Shown: positions 22,530-34,029 of the stretch, piece by piece
How the letters are laid out: each line of letters starts with the position of its first letter
Numbering within the stretch: position 1 is the stretch's first letter
Assembly (NCBI GenBank): GCA_030324005.1
Contig: JARDVH010000115.1
Span: 27,699,497-27,761,556, forward strand
Source of the DNA: Negaprion brevirostris
Taxonomy: Eukaryota
Direction: 5' to 3'
DNA length: 62,060 nt
Made by a program: the position numbers and the translations under genes
The notes under the pieces: model-generated
The model's database searches: none
The model's input: only the letters and a program-made list of their open reading frames with translations
Told to the model about the DNA's origin: nothing

Positions 22530-22685
22530 GATGTGGAGATGCCGGGTTGGACTGGGGTAAACACAGTAAGAAGTCTCACAACACCAGGTTAAAATCCAGC
22601 CAGTTTACTTGATAGTAAACCCACAAGCTTTCGGGGTTTGCCCCTTCATCAGGTGAGTGGAGAGTTCTGGTCTCAAACAGAGAAT
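22530..22685 (-). mobile_element. Penelope-like element terminal fragment
   Basis: gatgtggagatgccgggttggactggggtaaacacagtaagaagtctcacaacaccaggttaaa resembles a shark PLE-associated terminus (recalled). It carries a hammerhead core. Confidence 0.65.
22620..22657 (-). ncRNA. Minimal type I hammerhead ribozyme motif
   Basis: CUCAC-CUGAUGA-A-GGGG-CAAA-CCCC-GAAA-GCUU-GUGGG. Both core boxes are intact, stems I and II pair, and stem III is the palindrome AAGCUU. Confidence 0.7.
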
Positions 22686-23719
22686 ATCAGTATTTCTGAC
22701 AACAGGAAACATCCTCTTGGCATCAAGAATGTCAGGTCCCATTAGTCTTTTATGTTCCAATAAGATAATTTCTCATTCTTCTAAACTCCAATGGATACAT
22801 GCCCAATCTGTTCATCCTTACTGAATGGCGGAGAAGGTTCAAAAGGCTGAGGGGTCTACTCCTGTTCCAAATTTGTACGTTCATAAGTTCACCAAAACAT
22901 GACCTCTTGTTTACTCGTCATTATGTTGTTAGTCACAACATGGGTCTCGACAACTGAATTCACCCTTCCCTCTTCAATATGCTTTCATGTCCTGAGATGT
23001 GGCACCAGCTAGGAACCTTATCATGTGGGCATTGATCTTGCTTAAAAGAATGCTATACATCTTCTAATTACTGAATTCCTTGCAATTAACATATTTTCTC
23101 TCTTCGTGCTCCAGATTGCCACAGCTCAAATTCTAGCTATCTCTTTTCCTCANNNNNNNNNNNNNNNNNNNNNNNNNNNNNNNNNNNNNNNNNNNNNNNN
23201 NNNNNNNNNNNNNNNNNNNNNNNNNNNNNNNNNNNNNNNNNNNNNNNNNNNNNNNNNNNNNNNNNNNNNNNNNNNNNNNNNNNNNNNNNNNNNNNNNNNN
23301 NNNNNNNNNNNNNNNNNNNNNNNNNNNNNNNNNNNNNNNNNNNNNNNNNNNNNNNNNNNNNNNNNNNNNNNNNNNNNNNNNNNNNNNNNNNNNNNNNNNN
23401 NNNNNNNNNNNNNNNNNNNNNNNNNNNNNNNNNNNNNNNNNNNNNNNNNNNNNNTATCTACACACATATATATCTATTAGTTTGTATTATGTACTTTATA
23501 GTTTGCCTTTTAAAATTTTTTTTTACATACTGACTTGCACAAAGCTATTGAAACAAACTTTTAAATACTTACTGCCTCAAGCCAACAAGTACCAACAAAT
23601 ACAAATGCTGGAAGAAAAGGAAACATCTCCATCCCCTTTGCACCGAATTCTCTCTCTCCCTAATCTCCCAAATTTTACAAGAGTAAGATAGAGCAAAAAA
23701 AATTATGCTTTTAGTTTGA

Positions 23720-24060
23720 AATAAAAGCAAAAAATGCTGAAAATACTCAGCAGGTCTGGCTACATTTGATTCCACTGCCGAACACATCATTTCCTCCCCT
23801 CAGCTTCAAGGCTTCTGGCACTGGCCAGTCTTTAATCATCTCCCAGTACAGCCTTTCCCTTTCCACAGCACCTTCCCATACAAGTGCAGATGATGTAACA
23901 CCTATCTATGCTTCTGCCACCTCCCTTTACACGAATCAACATCCCAAACATTCCTCACAGGTGAAATAACAATTTACTTCTTTCAATTTAGTGTTGCAAT
24001 CACTTTGGAAACAGACTGGTATCATCTGCAGACTTAGTTAACAGCTTTGCTTCTAGTCAT
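23720..24060. mobile_element. Penelope-like element remnant
   Basis: aaagcaaaaaatgctgaaaatactcagcaggtctggc terminus followed by decayed PLE-like sequence. Confidence 0.5.
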
Positions 24061-24589
24061 TTGTATCCACTGCAACAGTTTTCTTCTGGGGCTTAGTGAC
24101 TGATCTCTTGTCATAATAACATAGCTCCATTATAGCAAATTTTAGCCTTCCTGGTTTAGTAATTTTCCATCCGCTTCAAGCCTTTTCCTTGTGAATGTAC
24201 TTGTGTAGCACTGTTCCAAACGTTCTGCAATCACATCTAGAGAATTCCTAATGTCAATAACGCCCATCATTCCCTTTTACAAATTGCTCTTTCAGGACAA
24301 CATTCCTTTTTGGAATTGATGCAGAATGATAGTTGCATTGATATAATCAATTTTGTTGGCTACTTTAGGCATCCTCATGAAATCCATCAAGGCCTAAACC
24401 TCATCTTGCTTTAATTTCAACAGTTCCAGTGTCCCACTACCTCATCAGAAATTTCCATTTATGTTACTACCTCCTTTGCTTAACTATTGATAGCGTGAGA
24501 CTGCCTAAGTCTCCCTAGGTGAACACAGGAGAATTAATTTAGTCAGAAGCTAGGTATCAGATAGTAAGCTGGCTACAAAAAGTGTTTAA

Positions 24590-26220
24590 ATGCAGCTCCT
24601 CAGGTTTGCAAAAGGTCTGAATTGATGCTCCACAAGGATCAGTGCTTGGACCACTGTTGTTCCTTACTTACATCAACAAATTGGAAGCTTAATTTCAAAT
24701 TTTAGGGATGACACCAAATCAGAGAGCTGCAGTTAATATAGAGAAACATTGTAACAAAATAAAGAAAGGTTGTAATAAACTTGCAAAACAGGAGCATAAT
24801 TGACAATTGAACTACAATGTAGGTTAATGTGAGCTAGTACATTTTAGTAAAAATTAGGAAGTCATGCAATCCTCGGAAAACAAATGTCTAAATAAATGTT
24901 GAAATAATATAGAGGAATGGAGGGATCTGGAAATACAGATGCACAGATCACTAAAAATAGTGACACAGATTGATAAGGCACAAAGAGTAAACAAAGCATT
25001 CTGATCAGACTTTCTGAAGAGGTAACAAATAGGGTTGATGAGGATAATGTAATTGATGTGGTGCACTTGAACTTCCAAAAGGCATTTGATAAATACCATA
25101 TTACAGGTTTGTCGGCAAAGTTGAAGCCCATGGAATTAAAAGAACAGTGGCAGCATGAACACAATGTTGGCTTAGTGACAGAAAACAAAGGAAGAGAATT
25201 GTTATTTTTTTGAACCAGGACTGGACAGTGGAATTCTCCAGGGGTTGGTAATTAGGACCATTGTTTTTTTGCTTTAAATTCATTTACGGGATGGGAGCAT
25301 CACTGGTTAGACCAGCATTTATAGCCCATCCCTGAGAAGATGAACCACCTTCTTGAACCACTGCAGTCCCTGATATATATCAATAACCTAGACTTAGAAA
25401 TGCAGGGCACAATTTTAAAACTTGCAGTATTGTGAACTGTGAGGAGCATCTAAATTTCCCTTTTTAAACATCTATTCCCTTCCGCCTCAAATGCTTATTT
25501 AGCTTTTCCTTAAAAAAAGAGTCCTAGCCTGTCAATCCATATATGTATATCCATACATTTCTGGTATCATCCTTGTAAACTGTGCATCCTGCAGTGCCTC
25601 TATATCATCTTTTATTGTAATATGGCAATCAGAGCTGCATGCAATAGTCAAAGTATGGTCTACCCAAGATTCAATACAAGTTTAGCATAACTTCCATACT
25701 TTTCAATTCAACTGTTAAGAAAAGGTTAATTAGGCATATGGGATCCTAGCTTTATAAATTGAAGCAGAGTGTATAAAAACAAGGGAGTATTGGTGATCCT
25801 TTATAAAACACTGGTTCGGCCTTAATAGGAGTAGTATGTTCAATCCTTGCACCACACTTTAGGAAGGCCATCAGGGCTTTTAAAGAGGGCGTAGAAAATA
25901 TTTTCAAGTATTGTTGTGAGGTGAGGGACTACGGTTACATGGACAGATTGGAGAAGCTGGAGTTGTTCTCCTTAGAAAAGAGAAGGTCAACAGGAGTTTT
26001 GACAGAGGTGTTCAAAATCATGAGGAGTCTCGATGGAGTAGACAGGGACAAACACTTTCTTTTACACAGTGAGCAGTTAGGATCAGAAATGCACTGCTTG
26101 AGAGTACGGTGGAAGCAGATTCAATCATGACTTTCTAAAGCGAATTATCTCAAGAAGAAGAAGTGATGTGGGAAAAAGGCTGTGAAGTGGGACAGCTAAG
26201 TTGGTTTTAGAGAGAACTGT
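24590..26220. mobile_element. Cluster of nested CR1 RT fragments
   Basis: PQGSVLGPLLF (24631), DDTK (24707), a D(F)QKAFDK-like motif (25065) and LEKLELFSLEKRR (ORF 25921-26130). Confidence 0.8.
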
Positions 26221-26323
26221 ATTTCTAAAGGGATAGAACTGTAAAGCTGAGAAGTTATGTTTAACTTGTATAAGAAAATCAAAATTTCAAAGATTGACTA
26301 TAGCCTGACTCTATTAAAGGAGG

Positions 26324-26660
26324 GGAGGTGGTGGCAGAGTGGTATTGTCATTGCACTAGTTATCCAGAGATCTAGGAACTGGATACAATCCCACTACTGC
26401 AGGTGGATAAATATGAATTCAATAAAAAAAACTGGAATTAAAAATTTAATGATGACCATGAAACCGTTGTCGATTTGTCATAAAATCTCATCTGATTCAC
26501 TAATGTCTTTTAGGGAAGTAAATTTATCATCTTTACTTGATCTGGCCTACATGTACCCCCAGATCCACAGCAATGTGGTTGATTCTTCAGAAAAGAAATG
26601 CTTTCTGAAATGGCCTAACAAGCCACTCAATCCAAGATGCCCACATCCAGTGAATTAAAA
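26324..26660 (+). mobile_element. tRNA-derived SINE whose tail matches the second LINE family
   Basis: A-box-like ggtggcagagtggta and degenerate B-box ggatacaatccc. The tail gatgcccacatccagtgaattaaaa resembles the LINE end at 54490-54525. Confidence 0.65.
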
Positions 26661-26769
26661 GTTTCTATACAAGTTGAACATAACTTTTTAACTTTTCAAT
26701 TCTATCCCTTTAGAAAAAATGCTTTGTTTATTCATTTTATGGCCAATGTCATTTCACTTTAGTGATCAG

Positions 26770-27174
26770 AGACCATTAAAAAGGTATGGAGGCATTGAAG
26801 ATGATGCCAAAAAGATTTACTGAAATGAAACAAGCACAGAAGTTATACCCTTCAGGGTAGGTTAAACAGGTTCTTCCTGGTAAAAGGAAAGCCAAAGAGG
26901 CAACTTCATTAAGGTCTTACTATTATGGTTTGATCAGGTATACTTTAAAAAATGTTCCCCTTTGCAGATGAGAATAGAAATAGGAGTCATCTAATAAAAA
27001 CAATGGAGAAATCAGGGAAAACAACTTTACCCAGAGAGTGGTTAGAACATGGAACGTGCGACTACAAGATGTAGTAGAAAGATGTGTTGATGGGGTTAGA
27101 TGAAGAGGGGCAGGAGGTGGTTCATGCAGACAGAAACACCTATAGTTTTGTTGGGTCAAATAATCTGTTTGTGA
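26770..27174 (+). mobile_element. CR1 3' fragment; host of the U2-derived insertion
   Basis: Contains aactttacccagagagtggttagaacatggaac (FTQRVVRTWN). The tail resumes at 27478. Confidence 0.75.
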
Positions 27175-27477
27175 CCTTTTGGCTCAGATCAAGTGTAGTG
27201 TCAACATGCTGCACTTGGTTGAAGTCATTAGGTCACATTTCAGCTTCATTTGAAGCAATTTTTTAAAGCGGCATCTGGGCCTTTTGGCTAAGATGCAAAT
27301 TAGATCAAGCCNNNNNNNNNNNNNNNNNNNNNNNNNNNNNNNNNNNNNNNNNNNNNNNNNNNNNNNNNNNNNNNNNNNNNNNNNNNNNNNNNNNNNNNNN
27401 NNNNNNNNNNNCCAACTTGTTGGGACTCTGAATTGGCTTTAATTTGACTTGATTGGATTGGAATAAAGTTTAAAAAA
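27175..27477 (+). mobile_element. U2 snRNA-derived retroposed element with a 13-bp TSD
   Basis: U2 nt 13-37 at 27175-27199 and U2 nt 4-27 at 27271-27294. AATAAA at 27462, then an A-tail. TSD aatctgtttgtga at 27162-27174 and 27478-27490. Confidence 0.8.
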
Positions 27478-28683
27478 AATCTGTTTGTGATGTAAATAAT
27501 TTGTAGAATATTTGCTATCCCTTGATCACTTGATTTTGAGTAACCTCTTGGATGATTCAATACTGTTTCAATTTCCTCTTATCTGCTTGTTGCAGAAATG
27601 CTTTAAAATAAATACTTGACATTTAAGATTCCCTGTGGCCTAAACTCATTTTTAATTTTAGGTTTTCTGACTAGTTCCTGGGTCCCTTTCATCATTTTTT
27701 TTAAAACACTCATCTCGCTTCATTGCACTACCCATTATGAACAATCTATCCTTTTGTCCTTTTTTCCTACATTACTTCAAGTGTTGTCCAGACTGACCTT
27801 TTTTCCTCTACTAATCTTCATCTTTTCTGGAGTCTTTTCTTGCAGTGCTTAGTGTTAGTGAACACAAGCTCATTTTCCTTCAATGCTTTATACTCCAAAC
27901 AGTGCTGTTCTCACTTCTTATCCTCACAAAATATGCCTTTTGTCATTTAATCTTTTCTGCCTTCCATCCTATCACAGACCTTCTTTGGTTCTCCCCACCA
28001 TCTCCCCTTCTCACCCACCACCCAACCCTCACCCCTGCTTTTGTACTATCTTAACTGCAAACATTTTTCCAATTTTAGGAAACGAACTTCAGGAAAGATA
28101 TGTTGCTGGCCTTGGGAGAGGGACAGCATTGATACACCAAAATAAGACCATACTATGACTGAACATGCAAATAATTTTTTTATGGTAATTTTAAAAGCTT
28201 GCAAAATCGTCCAACGAAACCCCAATTAATTATTGAAAAAATACTGAGGTGTAGAAGGGTTCTTTAGCTTTTAGATGTCCATGACAGTGAGATGCAGCTA
28301 ACTTATGAGCAAGAGAACACAGGCTGTGTATGCAATAAAGATGATGTTGACCTCTCAAGATTGTTGCAAATATACTATTAAAAAGTATGGTGTCTTGTGA
28401 TTTTAGTCTTTGAATAGCCTAATTTAATTAGGACAAATAAAACTATTACCAATTTGCTTGAAAGGAAATTAAGTGTTCTAAACAACAACTTTTCATTCTT
28501 TGTTAACATACACTCATCGTTCAGTAAGTTTCCTATACTGACATATCTTGTTTTTGATATTAACTTTTAGCTGCCATTCTTTAGCTTTCGAACACTTACC
28601 TCAAGCAGCCAAGTTAAATTACACACAGACAATAATGCAAAAATAATTTATTTTTGCAGATATTATTATGCAAGATGGAATAG

Positions 28684-28935
28684 TTTTATTAGTGTCACAA
28701 GTAGGCTTACATTAATATTGCAATGGAGTTGTGAAAATTCCTTAGTCGCCACACTCCGGCACCTGTTTGAGTAGATCGAGGGAGAATTTAGCATAGCCGA
28801 TGCACTTAACCAGCACGTCTTTTGGACTTTGGGAGGAAACTGGAGCACCCAGAGGAAACCCACAGAGACATAGGGAGAACGAGCAGACTCCGAACTGACA
28901 GTGACGCGAAGTCCCTGGTGCTGTGTGCTAAGTGC
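28684..28935 (-). mobile_element. HE1-related V-SINE, variant tail
   Basis: Core ggaggaaactggagcacccagaggaaacccacag. Tail ...gtaagcctacttgtgacactaataaa is shared with 49351-49652 and 20030-20100. Confidence 0.85.
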
Positions 28936-29175
28936 CATGTCAGAATAAGAGTTGTATCGTCATAATGTCAGAAAATTGTAAAAGGGAGTCTGATTTTGCA
29001 ATTACATTTTTTGAGAACCACATTTACGCCTGCAGTTTGCAATTGTTACTGAATATGGGACAATGACCAGTTTATAATTGACAAAAGCAAATATGGATAA
29101 TTTTAAAAAGTGCAAACATAGGCTAACCAACTACTGCTGCATAATGACAAGATCAAGACCTCATATGATACTCAC

Positions 29176-29358
29176 TTCCTCATTAAATAACTTGCTAGTT
29201 TCTTTCTTTACAGGGTCTATAAGTTGAACCTGTCCTGCAGAGAAGCCCACAAGTAGGGAGACACTTTCTGCTGTTGCTGTTAGATGGTTGAAGTCATGGC
29301 AGGTGGGCTGTGTTCCTTTGTATATCCGCTTGTCAATAGGTTTACTTAAATCTGCAGC
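29176..29358 (-). CDS. WDR20: WDR20 coding exon 2 (183 nt, phase 0/0): AADLSKPIDKRIYKGTQPTCHDFNHLTATAESVSLLVGFSAGQVQLIDPVKKETSKLFNEE
   Basis: Manually translated; absent from the ORF track. Acceptor ccctttttcttccttag|GCT, donor GAA|gtgagt. Confidence 0.97.
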
Positions 29359-32020
29359 CTAAGGAAGAAAAAGGGACATTCATCACATTTTTATTAGTCA
29401 TTCAGATATAATCAGATTTTAATTTATAAATCTTCTAAATTTCCAATAATTTGAAAGCCATTTTGCCTACTTCAATTGCATCTCCAGCAAGTTTTGTTTT
29501 TAATCAAAATTCTCTAACCCCTACATGTTCCTAAATCACAATTTTGTAATCAGAAGCTGAAATGTCACTAATGACAATCACAAAGGGTTTAATGAGGGAA
29601 TGGGGGAGCAGTGCATAAGTGGAAAAAATTAAAATTGCTCAACAGTTATCTTGGATAGGAATTTGATTTTATACAGCACATAAACTTTAATGCTGCTTAA
29701 ATTTTATGGACCATCACTATTCTTTCTTTCCCTTAACACACAATTTGGGACAAAACCAATTGTCTTGTACTGCAAATATAGTTTGTGTTTTCACTAAAAA
29801 TGGCACAGGAATACACAGAACTTGATTTGTTTCTCTAGATGAAGTGTGTTCAGCCAAACAATAGAAAACATTTACACTTGTGGTATGTGAAATATTGAAG
29901 TTTGTCTCAAGTATCCGTGCCTATGGGCAGGTCCAGAAATGCTCCACAGAAACTTTTATTTTAAGAAAAATCTAGAAATTAAAAATCAGGCCAGATATTT
30001 AGAACTGTGCCAAATGTTTATCTCCTCAATGCTAAGACAGGCTTGTGGTCAAAGATATCTTTGTCTTTTATTGAACAAGTTACACAAAAATTAAGCTGAT
30101 ATAGTAAAACAAAGAGGAGTTGTAGTTTTACTTTGTATTTTCTTTCTCCCCGTCATTATTTTCAATTTTTACTTCAAACTGTGAGCTGTCATAAGCACCA
30201 GCCTGCAAAATATCTTCCAATGTTACTGAATTTCCATTGCTGAAAAGTTTGACATTGTTGAATTCAAGAAACAGGAAATGCTATCATAATGGTGAACTGC
30301 CAGGTTAAATTGGTTAAAATAGTTTTAAAAAATTATTTATAATAATGCTGCTTAAAACAGCTAGAAAAGTATCAGATTTTTGAAGTGAAGATGCCAATGA
30401 GGCGAATGATCATTTATTTTCTCCAGTATTATGGTTAGCAGATTGAAGCAAATCTCCTTCATGACTGTGTTAATAGAACACATGGCTCCCAGAACTGAAC
30501 TGATCCAGATCTTATTGAAGGTAACAACTTAATACACATTAAATATCCCTGTGCAGCTGTTGAAGTACTTACTAAGTACTTGCACATAAAAATACTTTGT
30601 ATATTCTCTGGAATAAAAATAATCAATTTTAAAAGAATACCAGCCATACAGTTGTAATGTTTGTGTAGTAAACACCAAGCCAATTCAGGTCCAAATAACC
30701 TTGGCCACCAGCAGGCAAGTTTTGTTGATACTCAGTGATGAGTGCCAGGTATGTTGACTGCTTAGTGGCATATTATTCCATTTTCATGTTGAAAGAAGTA
30801 TAAACCAGTTCCACTGAACTAAAAGAAAATCTTCTACTCAAATCTTGAAACCAGCAATGGTGGCAGCAGTAGAGCAGTCCTCTCATACTAATGTAAAAAC
30901 AAACTTACGAAGTGTAGCAGCAGAGGCTATAAGACAGGAATATCCATTTCACCCGAGTTCACAAGTGATTAATCCAGGGGTAAACTAAAGACTGCAGTAG
31001 AAGGTAAAATCTATTTATTTTTGTGGTGTGGCAACTAGGTTTGGCCATTTTCCCTTGCATTTTTTGGCATCAGACAACATGAATGGTATAACAAAAGTCC
31101 TTCCCACTTCAGAAAAAAGATTTCCAGGATTTTCTACTAGAGTTCATTTGTGCTCTCATCCTCCAATATCTAATCACTACGTGCCCATTACAATAAGCCT
31201 CTGTTTTCCAGTAGCAAATAAATTCCTTTGCTCACTGATTTAGGGTAGTATTTTTTTTAAACACACATCAACAAATAGAACTGCTTGGCAGAAATAATGA
31301 ATGAACCCAGGATATTGGGCTCATTAAAAGGCCAGGCTTTGTAATGAAGAATTGACAGTTAGTATTCTAGCTGGTGGATATCAAATGGGCTGAAGACCAA
31401 TTTCCATTGAAAAGAATCTTGTCACCGTACTGCAGTTTCAAATAGAACAAACAACAAATTGAACTGTGACCTGATTTCAAAACAAAGTTTGGAATTTGTG
31501 ACGGAAAATGTGGAGATACACAATATAAAGGAGTAAACATTTGCCTTGAGGGGATAGGATGTTACCTATTCTGTTAAGGCTGCTCCTTGTTTCACAAATA
31601 TACTGGCAGACTTTCAAATTTGCTTCAGTCCTGACATTTTGGCTTAAAGCAAGAAAGTGAAGATGATGGTTGGAGAGCTGATAGAACCGTTGGAAATCAC
31701 AAGACAAATGGTTACAGACCTCATTCTCTCTTCATAGATATTGCCAGACTTGCTGAATATTTCCAGGAATTTTTGCTTTTCTTTTACGAAACCACAAGAA
31801 TTGTACAATCACTCGCTTCTGCGCTCACAATTTGATAGGTTTAAGAAAACCCAATTTTAACAAGCATTGCATGTCAGTTGCTTTATATTATGTGCATCGT
31901 GCCAAGATATAACATCTAAAGACTGAATATAATTCATGGGTGGAGGAGAAGTACGATCCCTTCATTCCCTCTGCCTACCCAATAGTTCCTCATATACTAT
32001 TAACATCTCTACATAAAGGT

Positions 32021-32245
32021 TCCTCAGCCTTTTGGTTAAGATCAAGTGTAGGATCAAGTGCAGGATCAAGTGCGAGATCAGGTGCAACGCCTGTTCTTGT
32101 CTGCTTGGATTTAGTATCTCTCTTTTGTGGGGACCATGAATTGGATTCAATTTGAACTTGGGCTTTGGAGCAAGTGCAAGGAGATGGATTCGGGACTTGC
32201 CCTTTCTACTCTGTGCACTGGCACTGTAACTCTGAGAAAGGAATA
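32021..32245 (+). pseudogene. Near full-length degenerate U2 snRNA-derived element with an internal 4x12-nt tandem repeat
   Basis: Collinear with U2 (recalled): ctcagccttttggttaagatcaagtgtag, ctgttcttgtc, ggaccat, tttggagca, ggagatgga, cttgccc, ctactc, ctggcactgta. The Sm site is degenerate (ggctttgg). Confidence 0.8.
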
Positions 32246-32449
32246 CTTTTTAAAAAAAATGATACACTACTTGAAAATGCAAAAACGCTCCACTGTTTTC
32301 ATTGCAATATTAACAACAAAGCCAAGATTTTGCATTCCAGGTTCAAACAATCATTGTTTACTGTAATCGTTCCATTCTCATGAAAGATTGGAAACTGGTG
32401 CGAGTCAGATAATTCTGGACCTGCTGTAGCACACACACAATTCAATAAA

Positions 32450-33260
32450 AATAAAAAATGAAAGAAATACCCAGCAGGTTAGGCAACACACGTGGAGAGA
32501 CAGAAACAATGTTGACCTGTCCGGTTGATGACCTTGAATCAGAAATGGGAAAAAACATATGTAGCAGAGGCAGGGCAAGGACCTTCAACATCCACATGTG
32601 TTAGGTTTGACACCAACCAGTGGAGAGTTTTCCTTGATTCTCAGTAAATTCAATTTTGCTAGAGTTCCTTGATCCCACAATTGGTCAAATGCTTTAATGT
32701 CTAGGGCAGTCATTCTCACCTCACATTTTGAATCCAGCTCTTCTGTCCATGCTTGGACCGAGGCTGTAATAATATATGGAGCTGGATGATCCTGTTGGAA
32801 CCCAGCTAAGCATCAATGAGGGTGAGGGGGCGCCACTGGATCATACTGTCAACAACTTCTTCCATCATTCACTGATGACTGAGGAGAGCATATCCTGAAT
32901 AGTGAATACAATACACTAAATGAAAAAATAAATCACCATTCTACCAAAGATGAGTGTTTAGGGCTATGGACATTGGAATATAAGGAGGCAAACGGACAAG
33001 TGTTTAATTTCCTATGCTAGCAATGGAAGACACCTTGGGAAGAGCAAGGGGTAATTGAAGTATGAGCTGGGAAGAAAGCTTTGGAATGTAGTGGAAGTGA
33101 TAGATGGAATTGTGCTGAAGATGGTAGAAAATAATCCATTTACTGTGAAGGCTGGGCATGGAAATTGAGGACAATGAAGTGCTAATATGACTCTTGAGGA
33201 GGAGGAAGATATGGGAACAGAAGTGCAGAAATTTGGTGTGGGGGGGTGGCGGGGAAGAAA
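32450..33260. mobile_element. Mixed remnants: Penelope terminus (32450-32570), second-family LINE on minus (32580-32885), Penelope-like fragment (32990-33260)
   Basis: Similarity to other copies in this window and recalled shark repeats; highly decayed. Confidence 0.45.
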
Positions 33261-34029
33261 TATTGGTAGCACTGGAATCAAAACACATGTATTTATTATA
33301 AAATGCAAACTAGTAGCCACAGATCAATTACCATTCACTTCATTTCTAAGGTCATGAATATTCAAACACGTCAAAACAGTAATGGTACAATCTGTTTCAT
33401 CAATACAAATGATTAAATTTTTAAAGTATTTTAAACCATGGATACAAAGGTAACATACACAGGAACTGCCACAGGGTGCACTTCCATTTGGAGCTCTACA
33501 TAATAGAGAAATATTGACGTTATTCTTTGCATGTTCAGGAATCACAGCAATTGCAATTTCCTGCCAATGGCAAAACCACAATTTAGTCATCTTGATATTG
33601 TGAAGATATAAATTGATGTAATCAATCCTAATTTTTTTTGTAAGTGACAGTGTGGCTATATTTCTATTCATCTGCAGCCTGTCCTGCATCAGAAAAATAT
33701 GTGAATCGTAGTAAGCCTACCATTAAAGCTGATCCTAACATATCAGATGTAGGCACAACTGGTTGGATTAATACCTCAGTTATTTAGAATTCTAAAATAA
33801 TTTATTTCAACCTTTTGGAATATTATGGCAAAATTTAATAATTATGTACAAAATTATATATGTTGTACAGAAAAAAATTGTAACACAACACAGCATATTA
33901 AAAAACTCAGATTGGAAGTGTAAATGGCAAATGAACTTCATTATACAAAAGTCTAATGTGCATTTCACTTAGAGGAGTTAGAAGACACCTCCATCTTGGA
34001 AAATCAGTGTAAGCAAGGAGCAAACATGT

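Larger units (their letters stand above)
22250..22890. mobile_element. Nested decayed CR1 fragments interrupted by a Penelope-derived segment
   Basis: Minus-strand CR1 3' sequence at 22250-22520 and 22695-22815, plus a plus-strand CR1 tail at 22820-22885. Confidence 0.65.
6119..29358 (-). other. WDR20: WDR20 gene, partial (coding exons 2-4; exon 1 not seen, intron 1 extends rightward)
   Basis: Three exons with canonical AG/GT sites, all phase 0. They translate to a near-identical match of vertebrate WDR20 as recalled. Exon 2 residues (AADLSKP...HLTATAESVSLL...QLIDP) fit WDR20 rather than its paralog DMWD. Confidence 0.96.

Noticed and set aside
32040-32087. CRISPR-like array
   Set aside because: The 12-nt units have no spacers, derive from U2, and lie in a vertebrate intron with no cas genes.
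32021-32245. Functional U2 snRNA gene
   Set aside because: The 5' end is altered, GUAGUA is disrupted, the Sm site is lost and there are multiple indels.
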